Source of the DNA: Escherichia coli
Lineage (GTDB): Bacteria > Pseudomonadota > Gammaproteobacteria > Enterobacterales > Enterobacteriaceae
Assembly: GCF_003334385.1 (NCBI RefSeq)
Contig: NZ_QOWN01000022.1
Direction: 5' to 3' (one strand)
Length of the DNA stretch: 64,000 nucleotides
Made by a program: the position numbers and the translations under genes. Every line of letters starts with the position of its first letter. The first letter of the stretch is position 1. Under the pieces are notes generated by a model. It was not told the DNA's origin. It did no database searches and saw only the letters and a program-made list of their open reading frames with translations. Shown here piece after piece: positions 56,308-63,791 of this stretch.

Positions 56308-57437
56308 AAATCATTGAAGGTGCAACAAAGGCAAATGCTTCGATGGCTAGTAATTATGCTGGGTTGCTGGCAGATAAGCTCGAACAAAAAGGGGAGGTCA
56401 AGCAAGCCAGAATGATAAGAGAAAGGTTGCTTAGAGCTCCCCAGGCGTTGGCAGGAGCTCAAAGGGCTGGAGGTGGGATATCTCTGGGCTCATTACCGGT
56501 AGATATTGATAGTCGACTCAACACTGTTGATGTCAGTTATCCTAAATTAGACAGTTCAGAGATTTTTCTGCCTGCAGCAATCAGTACCCGTGTTGAAGAG
56601 TTTATCACTAATGTTCAACGTTATGATGAGTTTGTTAAAGCTGATGCAGCATTGCCGAGTCGTATGCTCGTGTATGGAAAGCCAGGAACAGGTAAGACTA
56701 TGTTATCTAAGTACATCGCTACCCGCTTAGATTTTCCACTTCTTACAGTGCGTTGCGATACTTTGATTAGTAGTTTATTGGGACAAACCAGCAAAAATCT
56801 TAGACAGGTTTTCGATTATGTAATGCAGAGGCCATCAGTGCTTTTTTTAGACGAATTTGATGCTTTAGCTGGAGCAAGAGGTAATGAGAGAGATATAGGT
56901 GAGCTTCAGCGAGTTGTCATTTCACTATTGCAGAATATGGATGCGGCATCAGAGGATACGGTAATTATTGCCTCAACTAACCATGAGCAACTTCTGGATC
57001 CTGCAATCTGGAGGCGATTTAGCTTCAGAATTCCAATGCCTCTGCCTGACATACATCAGAGAGAGTTAATTTGGAAAAATCGTTTAAAGAATATGATATG
57101 TAGCGATCTAGATTTAAGTGATTTATCAAGAAAATCGGAAGGATTATCCGGAGCAATAATTGAACAGGTGAGCTTGGATGCACGTAGGGATGCAGTTATT
57201 GAAGGTGCAAGTGTGATAAATCACCACAAATTGTATAGGCGTTTGTATCTTGCTCAATCGCTTATGGAAGGTGTAAATTTAAGCACTTACGAAGATGAAA
57301 TTCGTTGGTTACGTTCTAAAGATAAAAAATTATTTTCTATCAGAGTTCTTGCTAATTTGTACAAACTTACATCAAGAGTAATTTCAAACATTCTGAAGGA
57401 GTCAGGAGCATATGAGCAGAAGGGGTACACAGTTTAG
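56283..57437 (+). CDS. classical-clade AAA+ ATPase (candidate defence-system ATPase, IetA-like)
   Basis: 384 aa. Walker A GKPGTGKT (res 132-139), Walker B VLFLDEFD (186-193), sensor-1 STNH (N233). The second region of homology carries Arg fingers in PAIWRRF (R244/R245). SD gggag lies 6 nt upstream. Confidence 0.9.
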   Translation: MDYLSEVLKIIEGATKANASMASNYAGLLADKLEQKGEVKQARMIRERLLRAPQALAGAQRAGGGISLGSLPVDIDSRLNTVDVSYPKLDSSEIFLPAAISTRVEEFITNVQRYDEFVKADAALPSRMLVYGKPGTGKTMLSKYIATRLDFPLLTVRCDTLISSLLGQTSKNLRQVFDYVMQRPSVLFLDEFDALAGARGNERDIGELQRVVISLLQNMDAASEDTVIIASTNHEQLLDPAIWRRFSFRIPMPLPDIHQRELIWKNRLKNMICSDLDLSDLSRKSEGLSGAIIEQVSLDARRDAVIEGASVINHHKLYRRLYLAQSLMEGVNLSTYEDEIRWLRSKDKKLFSIRVLANLYKLTSRVISNILKESGAYEQKGYTV

Positions 57438-59676
57438 TAACGCAAAAGTTACAAACCCAACGTTAAGAATCCCTTTTTCCAGTAGTGACTTGGGTGCAAT
57501 AGTAAACGCTGGCGGTGGGGCAAAGGTATTGGTTGATGTAACAGCCGAATATAGACAAGGGCTAGTAAGAAATTTAACAACCAGTAAACATTATTTAGAA
57601 TCCAAACTTTCAGAGTACCCTGGAAGCTTGGGTACTTTGGTTTTCAAATTAAGAGACCAGGGAATAGCCAAAACGCATAGGCCGAACAAAATTGCTCAAG
57701 AGGCTGGATTGCAAAATGCCGGTCATGCCAAAATAGATGAAATGTTGGTTGCTGCTCATGCCGGCTGTTTTGACGTATTAGAGTCAGTCATTTTAAATCG
57801 GAATATTAAAGCGATTTTGGCTAATCTAAGCGCGATTGAGCGCATTGAACCTTGGGATGAGAATAGGAAGGTTCCGGGAGGCACTGATGGTTTGTTTGAA
57901 TCATCAAACATCCTTGTACGACTATTTGAGTACACAGGTGAAGATGCAACTTACAACAACTATGAAAACGTTATTTCTATATTAGAACAATACGGAGTTA
58001 AATATGATGAAATTAGACAAAAATGTGGTCTTCCCTTATTAAGGATAATGGATTTATCCCCAAGTGATAGATATATATTAGACATTCTCATTGATTACCC
58101 GGGTATAAGAACGTTAATTCCAGAACCAAAATATTCAGCATTCCCGGTTAGTGTAAGTGATTCTGTTGGCATTGAAACAAATAGCTTTCCCGTACCATCA
58201 GAAGAATTACCCATTGTTGCTGTATTTGACACTGGGGTAAGCCCCATCGCGGCAACAATTACTCCTTGGGTAGTGAGTAGGGAAACATACGTAATTCCTC
58301 CTGATACGAGTTATGAACATGGGACTATGGTGTCTTCATTGATATCAGGCGCTCATTTTTTAAATGACAATCATCCATGGATTCCTGATACAAAATCTAA
58401 AATCCATGATGTTTGTGCTTTAGATGAAAATGGATCTTATATATCAGATTTAATTCTGAGGCTAGCAGATGCTGTAAATAAAAGACCAGATATAAAAGTC
58501 TGGAATTTGTCTTTGGGAGGCGGACCATGTAATGAGCAGATGTTTAGTGATTTTGCGATGGAGTTAGATCGGCTCAGCGATAAATTTGGTATTTTGTTTG
58601 TAGTTGCTGCAGGTAATTATGTAGATGAACCTATACGTACATGGCCAAATCCTGATCCGCTTGGAGGTGCTGATTTAATTTCCTCTCCTGGAGAGTCAGT
58701 CCGAGCACTAACAGTTGGTTCAGTTTCTCATATGGAAGCTAATGATGCTTTAAGTGAAATTGGAACACCGACACCATATACTCGTCGTGGCCCTGGGCCT
58801 GTATTTACTCCAAAGCCAGATATAATCCATGCTGGCGGTGGGGTTCATAGACCTTGGAATGTAGGAGCAAGCAGTTTAAAGGTCGTAGGGCCAGATAATA
58901 GGCTTTGCTCTAATTTTGGTACTAGTTTTGCTGCTCCAATTGTGGCAAGTTTAGCTGCGCATACATGGCAGAGAATAGCCACTAATTCAGACTTTAATGT
59001 TTCACCATCATTGATTAAAGCATTATTAATTCATTCCGCTCAATTATCTTCTCCTGATTACTCGCCAAGTGAAAGACGCTATTTGGGAGCGGGAATTCCT
59101 AATGAGGTTATTGAGACCTTATATGATAGTGATGATAGGTTTACTCTGATTTTCCAAACATTCTTGGTTCCTGGGGTGAGGTGGAGAAAGGAAAACTATC
59201 CCATACCATCGGCACTTATTCAAAATGGAAAATTTAAAGGTGAGATTGTAATTACTGCTGCATATGCACCACCACTAAACCCTAATGCCGGCAGTGAATA
59301 TGTTCGCGCGAACGTAGAGCTAAGTTTTGGCTTAATTGAGAATAATACTATAAAAGGAAAAGTGCCTATGGAAGGAGAAAACGGTCAATCTGGATATGAG
59401 AGAGCTCAAATTGAGCATGGTGGAAAGTGGTCACCAGTAAAAATTCATCGCAAGGCATTTAATAAAGGAATTACTTCGGGTAACTGGGCTCTTCAGGCTA
59501 AAACAACGTTGAGAGCGAATGAACCGGCCTTAATGGAGCCTTTACCTGTAACTATTGTAGTAACTTTAAAATCATTAGATGGAAACACACAAGTTTATGC
59601 TGATGGTGTAAGAGCTTTAAATGCTAATAACTGGGCTCACTATCCATTGCCTGCTCGTGTGCCAGTTTCCGTATAA
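57412..59676 (+). CDS. large cytoplasmic S8 subtilisin-like serine protease (candidate defence effector, IetS-like)
   Basis: 754 aa. Catalytic Asp in VAVFDTGV (D273, nt 58228-58230), His in EHGTMV (H303, nt 58318-58320), oxyanion Asn in AAGNY (N401), Ser in GTSFAAP (S505, nt 58924-58926). No signal peptide. The start overlaps the ATPase gene by 26 nt. Confidence 0.9.
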   Translation: MSRRGTQFSNAKVTNPTLRIPFSSSDLGAIVNAGGGAKVLVDVTAEYRQGLVRNLTTSKHYLESKLSEYPGSLGTLVFKLRDQGIAKTHRPNKIAQEAGLQNAGHAKIDEMLVAAHAGCFDVLESVILNRNIKAILANLSAIERIEPWDENRKVPGGTDGLFESSNILVRLFEYTGEDATYNNYENVISILEQYGVKYDEIRQKCGLPLLRIMDLSPSDRYILDILIDYPGIRTLIPEPKYSAFPVSVSDSVGIETNSFPVPSEELPIVAVFDTGVSPIAATITPWVVSRETYVIPPDTSYEHGTMVSSLISGAHFLNDNHPWIPDTKSKIHDVCALDENGSYISDLILRLADAVNKRPDIKVWNLSLGGGPCNEQMFSDFAMELDRLSDKFGILFVVAAGNYVDEPIRTWPNPDPLGGADLISSPGESVRALTVGSVSHMEANDALSEIGTPTPYTRRGPGPVFTPKPDIIHAGGGVHRPWNVGASSLKVVGPDNRLCSNFGTSFAAPIVASLAAHTWQRIATNSDFNVSPSLIKALLIHSAQLSSPDYSPSERRYLGAGIPNEVIETLYDSDDRFTLIFQTFLVPGVRWRKENYPIPSALIQNGKFKGEIVITAAYAPPLNPNAGSEYVRANVELSFGLIENNTIKGKVPMEGENGQSGYERAQIEHGGKWSPVKIHRKAFNKGITSGNWALQAKTTLRANEPALMEPLPVTIVVTLKSLDGNTQVYADGVRALNANNWAHYPLPARVPVSV

Positions 59677-59690
59677 CAACTATATAAATC

Positions 59691-59720
59691 AAACCCGCTG
59701 TAGCGGGTTTGATTTATTTG
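59691..59720 (+). terminator. rho-independent terminator of the ATPase-protease cassette
   Basis: aaacccgc-tgta-gcgggttt hairpin followed by gatttatttg, 15 nt after the protease stop. Confidence 0.8.
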
Positions 59721-60092
59721 TGGGTGTGTTTTATAAAAATACCGCCCATACACAACAAAATACAAAAAGTATTACAGATAAAAAAGGAGCGTAATGTGCA
59801 GATTTGTTGTTTTCCATATTTACTCACCTTAATATGATTAATCCTGATAAGATTGTTATTTCAGCGGTTTTCAAATGAGATATTATGCTAATCTGGCAGA
59901 TTTGCATAACATTAAAATTTAATTTGTCTAACCGCTTTTAATAATAAGCGTTGTATTTTTATCCCAGCAATCTATTGTTTGATTTTTATTCCATCAATGT
60001 GGGGGCTTTACACTGGAACCAGTTTATTTATACTTTATACGTCAGCCTGAACAACTGGCATCTGCTGCACTGCGCCATCGAGAGATTGAGAA

Positions 60093-60692
60093 ATGGCGCA
60101 TATACAACTGGTCAAACAAACCTCTTCTGGTTTACTTCTCCCGGCGACGCCGGAGAGTTGCGATTTTCTGCATCAAATCAAAATAGGTGAGTTGATACAC
60201 GCAGACTTTAAGCGTGTGCGTAACTACGCATTCCACAAGCGTTTTTTCAAACTCCTGCAACTGGGATTCGATTACTGGACTCCGGTCGGTGGGGCGATCA
60301 CGCCTCGCGAACGAGAACTGCTGTCTGGTTTCGTTGATTACCTGTGCGAATCAGTTGGTCGGGAACACACGCCAGCCCTGAGTGATGCCGCAGAGCAATA
60401 CCTTAACACCGTTGCGACTCGTAGAACCCGGGATACGGCGTTGCTAAAGTCGTTTGAGGCTTTCCGCGAGTGGGTAACCATTCAGGCCGGATTTTACACC
60501 GAGCATATTTATCCGGACGGTAGCCGTGGGCGTCGGGCAAAATCCATCGCTTTTGCGAATATGGACGAAGTCGAGTTTCAGCAGGTTTATAAATCTGTAC
60601 TGAATGTGCTGTGGAACTGGATTCTGTTCCGTAAATTCTCCTCTCAGGAGGAAGTTGAAAATGTGGCCGCACAACTACTGGAGTTTGCGTAA
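60093..60692 (+). CDS. lambdoid nin-region protein (DUF1367-like)
   Basis: 199-aa ORF MAHIQLVKQTSSGLLLPATPESCDFLHQIKIGE. Family assignment is from recollection of prophage annotations. It is coupled (ATGG overlap) to the next gene. Confidence 0.6.
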   Translation: MAHIQLVKQTSSGLLLPATPESCDFLHQIKIGELIHADFKRVRNYAFHKRFFKLLQLGFDYWTPVGGAITPRERELLSGFVDYLCESVGREHTPALSDAAEQYLNTVATRRTRDTALLKSFEAFREWVTIQAGFYTEHIYPDGSRGRRAKSIAFANMDEVEFQQVYKSVLNVLWNWILFRKFSSQEEVENVAAQLLEFA

Positions 60693-60982
60693 TGGTGAAT
60701 TTACGTAAAGCGGCTAAAGGCCAGATGTGCCAGATCAGAATCCCTGGCTACTGCAATCACAATCCCGAAACCTCTGTGCTGGCGCATTACAGGCTGGCGG
60801 GGACGTGCGGAACAGCGACAAAACCACACGATATGCAGGCGGCGATAGCCTGTAGCTCATGCCACGATCTAATCGACGGGCGGGTAAAAACCAGCGATTA
60901 CACCAAAGAAGAATTGCGCCTGATGCATGCTGAAGGGGTTTTTCGCACACAAGAAATCTGGAGAAAGAAAGGTCATTTATGA
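60692..60982 (+). CDS. YbcO-like putative zinc nuclease (DUF1364)
   Basis: 96-aa ORF MVNLRKAAKGQMCQIRIPGYCNHNPETSVLAHYR...ACSSCHDLIDGR with conserved Cys/His; resembles DLP12 YbcO as I recall it. Confidence 0.65.
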   Translation: MVNLRKAAKGQMCQIRIPGYCNHNPETSVLAHYRLAGTCGTATKPHDMQAAIACSSCHDLIDGRVKTSDYTKEELRLMHAEGVFRTQEIWRKKGHL

Positions 60983-61521
60983 TTTACCCAACGAATACAG
61001 GAAAAAGCGGAGAACACCTTCGCCTCACCACGCTGGAAAGTGTCTGGATTCAGGGAAAACTACGTATGTGGGGGCGCTGGTCGTATATTGGCGGTGGCAG
61101 GTCAGGGAATATGTTCAATCAGTTGTTGGCATCCAAAAAACTGACGAAAACAGCCATTAATGAAGCCCTGCGCAGAATGAAAAAAGCGGGAATAGAGAAA
61201 GCTGAGCTGGAAGCGTTTTTGCGAGAGATGATCAACGGCAAGCAAAAGAGCTGGCTGGCGCATTGTACTGATGCAGAGGCGTTATGTATTGATCGAGTCA
61301 TAAGTGAGGTGCTGGCAGAGCATCCAGGATTGATTTGCATTCTCCGGCAACGCTATGAAGGGCGGGGGATGACTAAGCGCAAAATGGCTGAATTGCTAAA
61401 TGATGCACACCCAGAGTGGTGTTTTAGCACATGCGAAAAACGGATTGCTAATTGGTTAGCTGTTGCTGAGTATGCCCTATATATTCCCATGCGTGAATCA
61501 TTTGCTGAGAAAATGGCTTGA
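60979..61521 (+). CDS. putative late-gene antiterminator (Q-like, DUF1133-type)
   Basis: 180-aa ORF overlapping the upstream stop, positioned directly before a short terminated leader and the lysis region. Assignment rests on position and family recollection only. Confidence 0.5.
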   Translation: MIYPTNTGKSGEHLRLTTLESVWIQGKLRMWGRWSYIGGGRSGNMFNQLLASKKLTKTAINEALRRMKKAGIEKAELEAFLREMINGKQKSWLAHCTDAEALCIDRVISEVLAEHPGLICILRQRYEGRGMTKRKMAELLNDAHPEWCFSTCEKRIANWLAVAEYALYIPMRESFAEKMA

Positions 61522-61601
61522 TTTCTTACGTATAAACTGCTTCAATTTTGCTATGCTTCGCAAAGCTGTATCGCGAGGCGGATTGCAGACATGGACATCG
61601 T

Positions 61602-61628
61602 AAAAAAACCGCTTAATGCGGTTTTTTT
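61602..61628 (+). terminator. strong rho-independent terminator downstream of the Q-like gene (tR-prime analog)
   Basis: aaaaaaaccgc-ttaat-gcggttttttt: a GC stem flanked by A7 and T7 runs. Confidence 0.8.
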
Positions 61629-62565
61629 ACGTCAGGAAAGCAGGGGAGAATGCTGCTAGTTGGGCAACTGGTCTTTCTGCTCCAAATTATAACAGAGACC
61701 AGTTATAGTTTCGGTGCTGTGTTTTTTTTACAATATTGTGATAACACATTGCTGGCGGGAGTTTTGATATTTCTTGGCAGGGGCTGATGATGCGTTATCC
61801 TGATGTCGTCAACTCATATAAAATGAGATGAGAGATCATTGCAGGGTGGTTTGTAATTCGCTGTTTAGCGGGACAATATGTTGTCTGATACAAGACACCC
61901 GACGCCTCAGATTACTATAATAAAGACGAAGCATCCTTTGTATTGACCAACCGCCTGTTTAGGCGGTTCTTTCTGGGCTGGTTTATTGTATGCCAAATGA
62001 TTATTAAAAAGGTTGTGTTAATAACAAAATCCGAAATAATATGCCTGCATATTTTTATCTTGCTTATATTCTGCATATTGTGCATAGCAGGCTCATCCCT
62101 GCAATCAAAACTGTATGATGAGTATTTTTTGTTTTCCTTTTTTCCAGTCATCTGATGATGACCTGCTTCTTTTTAATCCGGATCGACATCAGTTTTTTAA
62201 GATAATTCCTGCGAGTTATATGCATAAATGCCACAAACTCCGCATTTTATGTGGTTGGGAGTTGCCGGGCGCGCAGTGAGTTTGCTAAGAAAACTCCTGC
62301 ATGGTGAATCCCCCTGTGCGGTGGGGTGATACCATTAACCTTTTCTGTCGCCGACAGGTATCACGAACATTTTGTTCACCGGGAGGCACCCGGCACCATG
62401 CACTTCAATAGATTCTCTCCACATTATGGATATTCTTTCAGAATATCCCACGCAGACTTTGTGTAAATGTTAACAAATGTGCGTTTTATTTGATCTGATT
62501 CGCTGTTTGAGCGTCCAAAACAACGGTATATATAATCCTTTACTATATGACATATGTGAGGAAAA

Positions 62566-62994
62566 ATGGGTTTTCGTAGCGCATCAATTCTTACGTTGAT
62601 TATTAGTGGGATTATTATCGGGTGCACTGATGCTGTATCGACAAATTATCATGACCGTACATCATATTACTCCGATAAAGCAATAGAGACACAGTATGTG
62701 AGTTCATCTGAACGTACTTCTGATGTTAGTGAGGATATCCGTCTGTATGCCCATCAAATCAAGAGCGCCATCGAAAAACAGTTCGGGGATGCGAGTAAGT
62801 ATTCAGGAAAAGAGTGTACACTGAGAATGCATATGGCCCCGAATGGCCTTCTACTGGAGGTTAAAAGAGAAAGTGGAGACCTCGATTTATGTCGTGAAGC
62901 GATGAATGCGATAAAGAATGCTGATATACCTGCCCCCCCTTCGCCGGAAGTATATAAAGTATTTCAAAATGGGGTGCTGGATTTTAAACCCTGA
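62566..62994 (+). CDS. lipoprotein with TolA domain-III-like C-terminal domain
   Basis: 142 aa with SD gaggaa and lipobox IIGC. The C-terminal YAHQIKSAIEKQFGDASKYSGKECTLRMHMAPNGLLLEVKRESGDLDLCREAMNAIKNADIPAPPSPEVYKVFQNGVLDFKP aligns at roughly 60 percent identity with the TolA C-terminus as I recall it. Confidence 0.85.
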   Translation: MGFRSASILTLIISGIIIGCTDAVSTNYHDRTSYYSDKAIETQYVSSSERTSDVSEDIRLYAHQIKSAIEKQFGDASKYSGKECTLRMHMAPNGLLLEVKRESGDLDLCREAMNAIKNADIPAPPSPEVYKVFQNGVLDFKP

Positions 62995-63144
62995 TATTTA
63001 TTGTTTTGTAATAAACGGTTTCGGCTTAGGTTTGTTCTGACACAGCTACGGCACTGAGCTAAATTTAGCGGATAGTCAGCTCTGAGCCAGTGGCGGACGT
63101 AACAACTACTATTGCTGAGATTTTAATGGATTGAGGAGCAAGAA

Positions 63145-63540
63145 GTGGGATTAAAGAAAATCGTTATGTTGACTTTTTGGGTCGGTTTTGTTGCGGGATG
63201 CACACCTTTACACCCTTCAGATTGCCACAAAACTACTGCTACAGGTAGTTGCAGTTCAGGACGCTGGGATGATCAGGATGAATGGGGGGCGCAAGCGCGG
63301 GGAATCAGAGCTGCAATTAATGCCAAACTTGATGAGCCGCATAACTGGAAAGGGAAAAAATGCAGGTTGCATATGGAATTCTCTCAGGATGGCACGGCGT
63401 TAAAAATATCTACCAGTAACGGTGATAAAGCCTATTGCGAAGCGATAAAGTCCGCAGCTCATAAAGCCAAATTTCCGGCCTTCAACAATCCGGAAGTCTA
63501 CAGAGATTTTCAGAAATCTGGCTTTGACATGCGAGGTTAG
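63145..63540 (+). CDS. second, diverged TolA domain-III-like lipoprotein
   Basis: 131 aa, GTG start with SD gaggag 5 nt upstream, lipobox VAGC. The C-terminal GIRAAINAKL...KGKKCRLHMEFSQDGTALKISTSNGDKAYCEAIKSAAHKAKFPAFNNPEVYRDFQKSGFDM keeps the TolAIII pattern, including the Cys pair. Confidence 0.75.
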   Translation: MGLKKIVMLTFWVGFVAGCTPLHPSDCHKTTATGSCSSGRWDDQDEWGAQARGIRAAINAKLDEPHNWKGKKCRLHMEFSQDGTALKISTSNGDKAYCEAIKSAAHKAKFPAFNNPEVYRDFQKSGFDMRG

Positions 63541-63791
63541 CTCTTCAATTACTATATCTCATTCATAGCAAACTGACAGATTTGATGATGTTCTATATAC
63601 GAAACCTGTGATGTCAAGTCTGAGCTAATACAAATAAACATAATATCAGAGAAATACATTTTATTAGCTCGCTACGGCGAGCTTTTTATATTGCATCGTC
63701 TCCAGCATATATATCAATTAAGGCTCTGATTGATGTGTCTGAAAGCCTACACATAATAACTATGCCATCCGTTCCGTGCGGAGGTGAGGCT

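Noticed and set aside
59951-60190. 79-aa plus-strand ORF (TTG start) overlapping the DUF1367-like gene start. Also a tiny SD-preceded ORF at about 59794 (MCRFVVFHIYSP).
   Set aside because: - The 79-aa frame has a non-ATG start and no SD, and it runs into the better supported 60093 gene in another frame.
- The 12-codon ORF is too short to support from sequence alone.
61915-62155. Mutually antisense ORFs of 78 aa (minus) and 70 aa (plus, TTG start) in the AT-rich spacer after the late terminator
   Set aside because: - The two exclude each other and neither has a convincing SD or ATG context.
- The plus-strand frame begins inside a terminator-like hairpin (aaccgcc-tgttta-ggcggtt, 61949-61968).
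- The hydrophobic plus-frame peptide could be real, but the sequence alone does not support calling it.
62298-62335. T-loop-like string ggtgaatcc suggested a tRNA or tRNA fragment, as lambdoid phages often carry tRNAs downstream of Q
   Set aside because: I could not fold a cloverleaf: there is no matching acceptor stem, D-arm or anticodon arm around it. I treat it as part of the hairpin cluster instead.
62424-62627. 67-aa minus-strand ORF overlapping the start of the first TolA-like lipoprotein gene
   Set aside because: It overlaps the SD and start of a much better supported plus-strand gene and has no motifs or start signals.
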